22,497 nt of DNA from Ascoidea asiatica JCM 7603 (lineage: Eukaryota; Fungi; Ascomycota), in the NCBI GenBank assembly GCA_001600695.1, contig BCKQ01000001.1:1587857-1610353 (forward strand), read 5' to 3'. Below the pieces are notes generated by a model. That model was not told the DNA's origin. It was given only the letters and a program-made list of their open reading frames with translations, and made no database searches. Every line of letters begins with the position of its first letter. Position 1 is the stretch's first letter. The position numbers and the translations under genes were made by a program. Below are positions 8,001 to 17,800 of the stretch, one piece after another.

Positions 8001-10708
8001 ATAACGGATCGACAAAGCTATATCAAACTTTTTCGTATGATAAAATGAATGTTTTGAAACAAGCTCCAAGAATTCTTCGGTGCATGGTGGATTCTTTTGT
8101 TGAAAAAAAAGATTCAAAGTCACTTCTCAATAGTCTTGAATTATTTAGATGTATTTCAGGAAAATGTTGGGAGGATAGTCCTATGGTGTTGAGGCAGCTC
8201 GAAGGTATTGGTCTAGCCTATGTGAGAAAATTGGTTAACAATAATGTGAGATCATTTGAGAAGTTGCTAAGTCTTGACAGTGGCAAAATTGAATATTACA
8301 TTGGAATGAAGCCAGGAGCAGGGAACAAAATATTGAAAGACATGAAAGCAATTCCTAAGTTAACATTGAAAGGAGATTATATTTCTTATAGAATGACTGA
8401 ATCAAATTACTCAATTGGTGTTACATTTTCTGTTACTATTTTTTCTAAAGATCCATCTACTAGTTTTTCCTGGCATAAAAAACAACTAAATATAGTTGTA
8501 GTTACCGAGTTGTCGAATGGATTTTTAATTGACTTCAGAAGAATTCATGCATCTAAATTAACATCTCCAAAATCTTTCGAACTTAAAACCCAATTGACTC
8601 AAAAGTCTTTAAAAATTAGGATCCATGCTTTTTGTGAAGAAATTGGTGAGTCTAACCCTAATCAACAATTTAAAATCATGTTCTTATACTAACCATTTGC
8701 TAATAAAGCCGGAACTTCTGTTGCCAGTAATGTTTCTCTGGAGGATATTCCTTCATATAAATTCTCTTTACTAAAGGATCCTCCAATAGTCAACAACATT
8801 CGGGATAAAAAGATAAATGGTAATGATTCTGTTCCTGGTAATAGTACTATTGATCAATATTTTCCAAAGGAAATTAAAGAAGAACCCCTTTTTGTATCTT
8901 CGGGTAGTAAGTTTTCTTTTTTTATTCTTCAAAATTTAATTTTCTGTTTTTTGAAAATCAATTATTAACAATCTTATAGACGAATCTGATGACTTCAGTG
9001 AAGATGACGAAGAGTTCAACAAAATGCTGATTGAAGCTTCTAGTAGAGTTCCGAACGCTAATAATATAGCTCACTCTGCACTCTCTAATCAAAAAGAAGT
9101 GGAAAGAACAAGTTCGTACAAATTAAGGCCAGATGGAAAATTTGAGTGCAAACACTTTTGCAAAAATAAATCAAGGTAAGTCTACCCCATGCTACTTTGA
9201 TTTAAAGCAAATATTCAGTTACTAACTTTATTATTCATTGATAAATCAGCTGTCGACATCTATGTTGTAAAGAAGGATTAGTCACTCTTCCAAGAAATGG
9301 AAAAATAGAGGAAATATGTCTCATGCCAAATTGTACAGCAAGACCTACTAAAAAGGATGACAAAAATGCTGAAAAAATAGTCAATAGAAAAAATTCTCTC
9401 AATTCCAATTTAGTACCTGATATAGACTCTGAGCCTGATATAGAATCAATTCTGCCATTAAATCCAGCTTTCAAGCAACCACCTAAAAAAATTTTTGCTG
9501 ATGAATTGGATAGAATTCAAGAAGAGTCACCATTGAATGTTTCGGAAAAAAACCAAGAAAGACTTAAATTGAAAAACTCAAAACAAAGTATTTTGAAATC
9601 ATCCAGCAATGTGTTTCAATCAAACTTGGAAAAGCCAAATGATAGATCACTAAAAGAAAAAATTCAAAGTGATTCAAATTCTCTGAATGCGGATAAGTCT
9701 AAGATGAAAGTGCAAATCTCTAAATTACAACGGCAAAATAAAGACGATTCAGTTGTTGAAAAACCTTCTTATTTGACTAAAAACTCAATTAGTAAACAAA
9801 AAAAGAGAAAAAGAAGAAAGCTTAAGCCTCCAGCTAAGTCTTTATTAAATGATATAATATCGGATTCGGAAAATGAATTACCAATGTTTGATGACGATTT
9901 TCCAGTAACTTTTCTTTCTAATGAGACTTCCATTTTATCCCATCAAAAAAAAGAAATAAGTGACAATAAAAGGAGAAGTGAAGTCAAAGTAAAGAAAAAT
10001 TCATTGTTTACTATTGCAGTTAATTCATCCGATGGAGAAGATTTCAACGCCCATACAGGAAGTATTTTAAAGCCAATATTTGAAAAAAATAAAAAGATAA
10101 CAGAAGAAATAGACATACAGCCAAAGGCAAAAAAGAAAAAAATGAACAAAGGGATGTCAGAATCAAACGCTAGCTATAAGATAGTCAAGTCTACAAAATC
10201 AGATAAACCAAAGAAGAATAGAATTGAAATAGAAAATGAACGTCGAGATATTTTTAACTCTTTAATTGATGATTTATACATGTCTAGTGAAAAGGATATC
10301 ACTAATGATTATGAAGAACCTTTAAATAATGTTAAGAAAATTATACCGTTAGGGGAAAATAAAGTAAAGAAAAAAGAAATAAACGATGTTAAACGTATGA
10401 ATTCTCAAGCTCTATCTGATAGCATCTTGCAATTTTCCGATTTGCCAGAATACTCACCATCTAAAAAAAAACTAAAAGTCACTCAAACTAGCAACAGTGA
10501 TAATTCTAATGTATTGGATATATCTAATGCCTCTAATATTGTTGTTTTGGATGACTACGTTGATTCTGTTATAAATATAAATATTCGAAGTACACCTCCA
10601 GCACCTAAAGAATCTTTAGAAGCGGAAAATAATTCAAAAGATCAGAAGAATGAGGAAGATAACGAATTACTAGCTTTTTTAGGATCAGATGTTTCTGTAA
10701 ATTTCTAA
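5063..10708 (+). CDS. HFM1: Meiotic Ski2-like DExH helicase Mer3/Hfm1, 5 exons: 5063-5126, 5217-8645, 8709-8903 (or 8906), 8980-9175, 9250-10708; ~1780 aa
   Basis: Helicase motifs FNPMQS, SPTGSGKT, YIAPTKAL, TPEKWD, DEIH, ALSAT, HHAGL, TSTLAVGVNLPA and QMIGRAGRPQF, followed by a Sec63-like region (CWEDSPMVLRQLEGIG). Splicing restores CEEIAGT and the C-terminal Zn motif CKHFCKNKSSCRHLCCKEG. Exon lengths sum to 5343 nt (1781 codons), and all junctions are in frame. Confidence 0.92.
5127..5216 (+). other. MER3 intron 1 (90 nt, phase 1, non-consensus GTATTT donor, ATCTAAC branch, TAG acceptor)
   Basis: Joins the ATG exon MGSFLDKFAKYIEDEELDELY in frame to APDLP. The unspliced frame stops at 5132-5134. 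Confidence 0.7.
8646..8708 (+). other. MER3 intron 2 (63 nt; GTGAGT / TACTAAC 8687-8693 / AAG)
   Basis: Perfect branch point; splicing yields CEEI-A-GTSV. Confidence 0.85.
8904..8979 (+). other. MER3 intron 3 (tandem donors GTAGTA at 8904 and GTAAGT at 8907; TATTAAC branch 8963-8969; TAG)
   Basis: Either donor joins in frame to the exon carrying the first half of the Zn motif. Confidence 0.75.
9176..9249 (+). other. MER3 intron 4 (74 nt; GTAAGT / TACTAAC 9220-9226 / CAG), splitting the Zn motif
   Basis: Splicing joins CKHFCKNKS to SCRHLCCKEG, in frame with the 9323-10708 ORF. Confidence 0.92.
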
Positions 10709-11021
10709 TTAATTCTTACTTATTTTTTCAAATATATATTAAATGTTCCTTTGTATATTACGCCATATAATATATTTTCTCTAAGAGATTCAATATATTA
10801 TATTAAAATTATTATAAAATTATTATTTAGGTTTTATGATTCTAGCCTTCGAATGAATGTAGTTGTTAAAAAAGAGGTATAAAAATAGACATGTTTAAGA
10901 AATTTGTTAGTTTATAAAAAGCAAAAGGAAATGATATAATGTATGAAATCCTTCATATTACTATTATCCTTATTATCATTGGTATAAGAGTGTATTATTG
11001 TTTAGCGATTTGAGTTGAAGA

Positions 11022-12221
11022 TTAACCAAGATAATTTACAGCAATATCAGTTAAAAAAGAATCAGAAATAGTCATATGTTCATCTTCAATAGTTAAAAAT
11101 TCTAGCTGATTATTTTGATCAAGAATTTTCATACCAATCCAATCTTCATTATAAAGATCAGTATTAATTAAATCAATCATGTCACCAGAATTTATATCTT
11201 CATCTTGAAACCAAGCACTTTCCTTTGGTACTAAGATTGTATCTTCTGTAAACATAACCATTACAAATTTTCCAGATATTGAAGATAATTTTTTAGCATA
11301 AGTTGAATTACCATGACCAGGTAACTCATTATTATAATAAACAATAAATTTATTATTATGTAAATAATTTTCATAATCATATGGATCTCTAAAATATTGA
11401 GCGGATACAAAAGTTGATTGAATATTTTCTCTATAAATTTGTTTTTTTAAAAATGAGTTTCTTTTTTTGCAAATCCAATCAGTATCTTTACAGGCAGGTA
11501 AATCAGATACACCAGTATGTGGAGAACCAAAAGTTATTAAATTATTAACTTTTAAATTTTCACAACTTTCAATTAAACTTCTTATAAATAATCCACCTTG
11601 ACTGAAACCAATTGCATTCATACCTAAATTTGTATTTAATTCAGGAATTTCATGAATTTGATCACAAGCTTTTTGTAATTGTTCATTAACATTTCCTAAT
11701 AAAGAAGCTTGCTGATCTTTTGAAGAATTTTCATCCATATATATTGAATGAATAAATAAATCTGGATGAACTTGTCTTAAATCTTGGACTACTTTATCCA
11801 TACTTGAACTATCATAACTATCACCCATTCCATGCCATATTATCAAAGGTTTTAAAGGATTATTATTATTTTCATCATTAATATCATTATCATTATCGCT
11901 ATTGATATTATCATGACTATGTTTATTATTAGTTGATTTGATATTTTTAATATCATTTATATCATTTATATTTTCAATCTCTATATCATTAATATTTATA
12001 TTTATATTATTTATTGAATTTATTTTTTCTATTGATTCTAAAGGATCTTTTATATGAGTATTTAATTTATTTAAATTATTATTATTGCTATTTAGTTTAT
12101 TATTTAAATTATTATTTAGTATTTTATTACCAATTTTATATTCATTAATTTGAGGAATTGGTTGTTCATCAAAATCTTGAGGAACTGCCAACCAACCAGT
12201 TATATATTTTAATACATGCAT
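11022..12221 (-). CDS. PPT1: Palmitoyl-protein thioesterase 1 family alpha/beta hydrolase (399 aa)
   Basis: PLIIWHGMGD; nucleophile elbow GFSQGG; LITFGSPHTG; AQYFRDP; Asp motif FTEDTILVPKESAWF; His motif EHM. The symbol refers to the thioesterase, not the S. cerevisiae phosphatase PPT1. Confidence 0.9.
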   Translation of the reverse strand: MHVLKYITGWLAVPQDFDEQPIPQINEYKIGNKILNNNLNNKLNSNNNNLNKLNTHIKDPLESIEKINSINNINININDIEIENINDINDIKNIKSTNNKHSHDNINSDNDNDINDENNNNPLKPLIIWHGMGDSYDSSSMDKVVQDLRQVHPDLFIHSIYMDENSSKDQQASLLGNVNEQLQKACDQIHEIPELNTNLGMNAIGFSQGGLFIRSLIESCENLKVNNLITFGSPHTGVSDLPACKDTDWICKKRNSFLKKQIYRENIQSTFVSAQYFRDPYDYENYLHNNKFIVYYNNELPGHGNSTYAKKLSSISGKFVMVMFTEDTILVPKESAWFQDEDINSGDMIDLINTDLYNEDWIGMKILDQNNQLEFLTIEDEHMTISDSFLTDIAVNYLG

Positions 12222-13375
12222 TTCTTTAACAAGAAAAAGTTATGAAGAATGAATTTGATATTAATTAAAGTATCCTTATTGAATTTGAAATGAGAATAAG
12301 GTATTATGAGATTAGATAAAAGAAATTTTGGTTATTTTTATAGATAAATTTGAATTATTATATTTTATATTTATAATATATTTCTTCTCGAAATTTAATG
12401 AATTTTGTAAATTTTTATAACGATATTGAATTAAACAAAAACCATAAGTCCTCTTAAATTATTAAAATATGATGAATATTTTGTTCTTTTATTTGAAACC
12501 GAATATCAAAGTTAGTTACTGTGCTGTACTAATATTATTGATAACGATACTAGGAGATGTAGTTTTTATATTTTTGATAAAGAAGAAAGTAAAGTTGAGT
12601 GAGTTAAAAGGTTATGAAAATATTTTGAATGACAATAAAAAAAGGTTTTAGAAATAGTCAAATGAAGTTTGTTAAGCCAGCAGGTATGATAAGTCTGAAG
12701 ATTAAATGTTAGAAAGGTGAAGTTTAGTTAGTAGCTTAGATAATAAAACTAATTTCATAAACAGGCCAACGAAATTGAGAATACAACAGCAAATTATGAT
12801 TCTAAACAAGGTTCTTAAAAGTTTTTTGATATCAATATATTTAACCAAAGGAAAATAACAAAAATTATTATTATATTTATTTATTAGAATGATTTATATT
12901 TTTTTTTTTTGATTGATTATTTTTAATGATTTATTTGAAATCCTCGAGCTTTTAATAAAGTAACTTAATATTATAACTCTATGGATAAAGCTCAGTAAGG
13001 AAGGCTATTGATCTTTATTTAATTTTGCTACCGGAAGTCCTGTAGAAATCTATATTTACTTGCTGTACTGGATTTTATTACTGGCATCAGCGTTAGCAGA
13101 TGGCTGATTGCAAGGTTTGTTATAAATAGCTAAGGAAAGTATTCCAGACGTGATGTGATACAAGCGCGAAGACCTAAGACAAGAGGCTGGTTTATGGCAA
13201 CGCAAACAGCTTGTGGCAAATTTGGTGGCTTGTGAGTTTTAATGCACCCAGTTTGCTGGAAATAAAATTTACCCTAAGTGAATGCGCTTCTATGTACCAA
13301 TAGCATCCATATAATTGGTCTCACAGCTCTACTAATTTTTGTTTTTCGCTTTCAAAATAAATTTATTTCAAAGTT

Positions 13376-13388
13376 TGAAAATATTTCA
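13376..13388 (+). promoter_or_regulatory. RRPE-like element upstream of UTP30
   Basis: TGAAAATATTTCA resembles TGAAAAWTTTT and lies ~150 nt upstream of a ribosome-biogenesis gene. The match is imperfect and the background is AT-rich. Confidence 0.3.
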
Positions 13389-13530
13389 GAGATAATTCAC
13401 AAATACTTTCATATTTTAGTTATTTAGTGACGATAGAACATCAGATAAAATAGACTTTTTGATAAATAAGAAAAACCAACTTTAACTAGTTGAATAAACA
13501 GATTATAAAAGAATAGCATCCTAGACAAAT

Positions 13531-14310
13531 ATGTCTCTCATAATAGGAACTGCAAGAGAGGAAAAAGCAAAAAAATCTATAGAATCATTAACTCAAATAT
13601 TGAAGACTGGTAAAGATAAGAATCCAGCAGAGCCAATTTTTCTATCAATAACAATAATTGGGAAACTAATACAGAAAAATGATTATCTTCCCAGAATAAT
13701 AAATATTCCTCATAAATTAGCAAAATCCTCATCCAAATCAATACTTTTAATAACAAAAGATCCTTCAACTCCATATAGAACTGCATTAACTGCCAAAGGA
13801 TGCCCAACTGAAAATTGTTTTAAATCTATTTATTCAATTAAAAAAATAAAATCAATCTCAACAAGTACAAAAAAAAAGATAAATTTATTTAAAGATCATG
13901 ACATTATAATGTCTGATCATAGAGTCACCCATTTATTACCAAATCTATTAGGTGAAATATTTTATGTTAAAAACAAAAAAGTTCCTTTTATGATACAAAT
14001 GGCAAAACCTGATAAAACTCTAACTCATAATTCTTATCAAAAAGGCCAAAAATTAAAAATTGAAAGTTGTGAAAGCGATTATGTATTAAAGCAAATTAGA
14101 TCAATTATAAGAAATACTTATTATATCCCAAAGGAGAATGGTAATACCTTATCAATTAAAGTTGGCTACCCAATATTTTCTGTCCAAAATATTTTAGAAA
14201 ATATTGAAGCTGTAATAAGTTTTTTATTCAAGAAAGAAGGTCTTTCTTTGAAAAGAATTAAAGGAGTAACAATAAGAACTGCAAATGAAGCTTTACCATT
14301 ATATACATAA
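13531..14310 (+). CDS. UTP30: Ribosomal protein L1-domain SSU processome factor Utp30 (259 aa)
   Basis: ILLITKDPSTPYR, DIIMSDHRVTHLLPNLLGEIFY and KKVPFMIQMAK match Utp30; the length fits Utp30 better than Cic1. Confidence 0.88.
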   Translation: MSLIIGTAREEKAKKSIESLTQILKTGKDKNPAEPIFLSITIIGKLIQKNDYLPRIINIPHKLAKSSSKSILLITKDPSTPYRTALTAKGCPTENCFKSIYSIKKIKSISTSTKKKINLFKDHDIIMSDHRVTHLLPNLLGEIFYVKNKKVPFMIQMAKPDKTLTHNSYQKGQKLKIESCESDYVLKQIRSIIRNTYYIPKENGNTLSIKVGYPIFSVQNILENIEAVISFLFKKEGLSLKRIKGVTIRTANEALPLYT

Positions 14311-14490
14311 TTTATTATTCATGACCAAATATCTATATAGTCTTATTCTTTTATAATTTTGTAGAATAATACAAACAGTTCTGATATTCATGTGTAAATA
14401 ATGAAATATCTCAATTCAAAGCAGTTTTCAATTACTTTAATAACACAAGCACTTAAAAATTATTTAACACTCAAAACTTATTTAAGTTCA

Positions 14491-14498
14491 ATCACGTG
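14491..14498 (+). promoter_or_regulatory. Cbf1-type E-box ATCACGTG upstream of the RMR1-like gene
   Basis: Perfect RTCACGTG. Confidence 0.5.
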
Positions 14499-14682
14499 CG
14501 ATTATCCTTTTCTTTCTCAAAAAATAAACTTTCTTTAAATTAAAAGACAGAGAATACTCTTAAAAATAAGTCTCCAAGCAAATTCTCTTCAATTAATTAA
14601 AAAAATAGCCAATATATCCAAAGCTTTAATTTAATATTATTTTTGAAAGTCAATTAAACTTATAAAACAGTTTTAATATTTT

Positions 14683-14764
14683 GTAAGTTCAAGTTTTTAA
14701 ATATATTTTTACTAACAATATTTTCCCAATAACTGTTTCTTTTTCTAAAATTCTATTGGTCAAG
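14683..14764 (+). other. Probable 5'UTR intron of the RMR1-like gene
   Basis: GTAAGT at 14683, TACTAAC at 14710-14716, and the first downstream AG (AAG) at 14762-14764. No ATG in the preceding ~220 nt. Confidence 0.6.
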
Positions 14765-14833
14765 CAATCAAATAAATAAATAAGTAACTAAGTATATTTA
14801 TATATATATATACATATATATATCTAAATTGTT

Positions 14834-17800
14834 ATGACTGAAGAAGACTCAGCAATTGATATTGAAGAAAAAGTCACTTCTGATGAAGAGCTTCAAACTT
14901 TAGAATCAAACTCGGAAAAAATTGATCAATTATTAAATTCTAATGAATTGAAAGATAATAACGATATTGAAATGATATTTGACGATCTGAAAAATAATTC
15001 ATCTCCAAATGATACAGGAATGCAATTAATCAATCATAATGTTCAAAATGATCAAGATTCTTTAGTCACTGCTTCATTATCGATTTTTAAAAATAATTAC
15101 GAAAATCAGGATCCTGTTCAAAATCAAGATAGCAATAACAATAATGTAAATCAATTTCATACATTGAATCAAGTAGAACAATATAATCATTTTGATCAAT
15201 TGAACTCAAATGATCAAAATATCGATTATAATGAAGAAGATATAGAAATTGGAGAAAATTCTGAAAAGGGTAATTACCCAGATGCCATCGAAATAAATAC
15301 GGAAAGCAGCGAGAATGAGAATGAGAATGAGAATGAAGACGATGAGGATGAGAACGAGAACGAGATTGAGAATGAAGATGAAAACGAAGGTGAAAATGAA
15401 GATGTCAGCGAAGATGAAATTGAAAGCGAAGATGAAGATGAAGATGAAAATGAAAATGAAAATGAAAATGAAAACGAAAACGAAAATGAAAATAAAAATG
15501 AAAATAAAAATAAAAATAAGATTGAAAATGAGAATGAAGGTGAGGATTTAGAAGATCAAGAAGAAGAGGGAAGTGAAACCAAAAGTGAAAATGGAGACAT
15601 TACAGGTCATGATAACTCTGTATTTGATATTGATCCTGATAATTCAGGTTCCATTAATGATACAAGTATGATTATGAGAAATAATGAAAACCAATTAATA
15701 TCTGAGATTATGAATGAGTCTGAAAATGATATTGACTCCAATATAGAAAGTGATTATGATAATGAGGAAGAATACCAAGATGAAGAAGAGTCTCAAGAGA
15801 ATATTGAAAATGATGAAGCAAAGGAAAAAATCAACCCAGAATCAAAAGAAAATATTGATACCCCTGAGGTTACTGGAAAGAATGAAGATATACAAGAAGT
15901 TGCTGATACCAGAAAGCTAGAAAATGGAAATCATGATGAATTTGAGAATGGTAAGATGACTGAGAAAACCGAAAAAGAATTCTATAATAAAATTACTGAG
16001 AAGGACCCCGAAAATGGAGATACGGAAATTTCCAGAAAAAACCAAGCAATTGATGTTTCATTGCCTGAATCTGGAAAAGGCGAAAGCTATCTAAAGCCTG
16101 AAATAGTAAGAAGTGAAATTCCTTCCAACAGTTCAGAAATTTCAAAACAAACCAATGGCGATATTGAAATCGCTCTTCATAATAAATTAGAAGACAGTAG
16201 TATCATCAAGTCTTCTATTGAACTACCTTTTCATTTGAATGTTCAAAAGGAATCTTTTATAAACGATCAAATTCCTGCAGAAAAGAGTATAGTTGATAAG
16301 AACATTGAAGACTCCAAACCGTTTGTGAACCCAATGGATACTACTTTAGCTCACTTTGATAGTGATCTTAACTCTAAATTTAATTCTGAATCTAAAACTG
16401 ATTTTGAAAAGACAAATATCTCTTCCAAAACCGATGTTAACCACGAAGATGAAGAACACAAGAAAAATAATATCCGGAAAATAGAAGGTCAAACAGAAAA
16501 ACCTGATGTTCAAAATGAAAAAGATACCAAAATGGAGATTGTTAATGAATCTACAATCCCAAAGAAGAATAATTCAGAGCTGCTTGATAAGAAATTTAGT
16601 GATGTAAATGAACCTCTAAATGAAAGTGAAAAGGTTTCTCCTCTCAATAATGAAAACTTTAATGAAAATGAAGACCAAAATTTGATTTCAAATACCGTTT
16701 CTAATGCCTTAAAGACAAATCATCAATCAGAAGATAGTATAAATGACAAAATAAATGTAGAACCCAAAAGTGAAACTGAAAAAGGAATAGAGTCGCGAAT
16801 AAGTAAAAAGTCAGAAATCGATGAAAAAAAACATACTTCTATTGGTGATCAAAACAGAGATGTTCTTAAAGCCCCAATAGAAAGTATAAATGGCCAAGAT
16901 GAAGACTCAGCTAATAGTGTTGATGTAGGTCTTGAAATGAATGCAAAAAGCAGTTTTGGTATAAGCAAAAAAGGTGAAAGTGTGGATGTAGATATGGAAA
17001 TGAAGGTGGATTCTAGTCACCTAATATTCAATGGTTTTGATAGTCGTTTGAATAATGAAGAATTTTCGGATGGGATTAAAGAAAAGGAAGAGATAAAACC
17101 ATTTGATATAGGTACTTTTCCTGTATTTATTAACTTTTTTGAGAAGAAATTTCTCTTATTTGAACTAGATGATTCAAAATACAACGACCTTCCTTCAATA
17201 TTTGATTCTTCATCCCACTATATGATAGATGAATCGTTGGAGCTATTTTTTGCAGCGTTAAGAGAAAAGTTCATATCTGTTGGTTCTCCACTTGATTTTA
17301 ATGATGAAATTAAATTAAAAATCAAAGTCTTAGATTTAAAAATTAGCGAAGATAATGTGTATGCAAAGGAATTGACGTTCAAAGATTTGTTGTTTATTTT
17401 TTGGAAACTACCTTTCCAAGAACGTAAAACGCATATAAATGTTGATATGGTCACTAAAAAGAGATTTAGTTGGTACTTTAATAATTTGATATCCAAAATT
17501 GGTTTGAAAAAAGTAAGTAGCTTGGAAGAAGATTCTAAGAGTAATATTTCTGAGAAGGGTTTAGCACTTGAAGAAACAGAGAAAAAAGAACATAAGAATA
17601 CACCCAATAATGATATTCATAAAAGCCCTTCGGAAACAACTGCAAGTCATGGATTACCACCGATTCCATTGGCAAATAACAATGAATCCAATATTGCGAA
17701 GGCAGATCCCACTTCAGAATTACGTGCAAAGTTATTGAGAAAGTTTCAGACCAAAAGATTGAATGTTAATAAAGATGGCCCAGGTATGAGCGATAATAAG

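Noticed and set aside
8652-8661. CTAACCCTAA, identical to the vertebrate-type telomerase template or telomere repeat
   Set aside because: Under two repeat units, inside a 63-nt intron, with no room for a telomerase RNA.
9323-10708. Stand-alone 461-aa gene
   Set aside because: It is in frame with the spliced Mer3 Zn-motif exon, so it is MER3 exon 5.
12695-12733. Minus-strand TACTAAC...CAG upstream of PPT1
   Set aside because: No convincing donor; ~475 nt from the ATG with no in-frame connection.
13230-13345. U4 snRNA (ATGCAC, TTTGCTGG and Sm-like site)
   Set aside because: The two U6-pairing-like strings are only a few nt apart, leaving no room for the U4 5' stem-loop.
14491-14640. Point centromere (CDEI plus AT-rich CDEII)
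   Set aside because: No CDEIII CCG core downstream, and the lineage is probably not Saccharomycetaceae.
14311-14716. Telomerase-RNA-like 3' end (ATTTTG overlapping a donor, followed by a branch point)
   Set aside because: Only ~370 nt of AT-rich, apparently unstructured sequence upstream; a 5'UTR intron is the simpler explanation.
15315-15551. (MR/MK)n ORF
   Set aside because: Alternate-frame reading of the EN/ED hexamer repeats.
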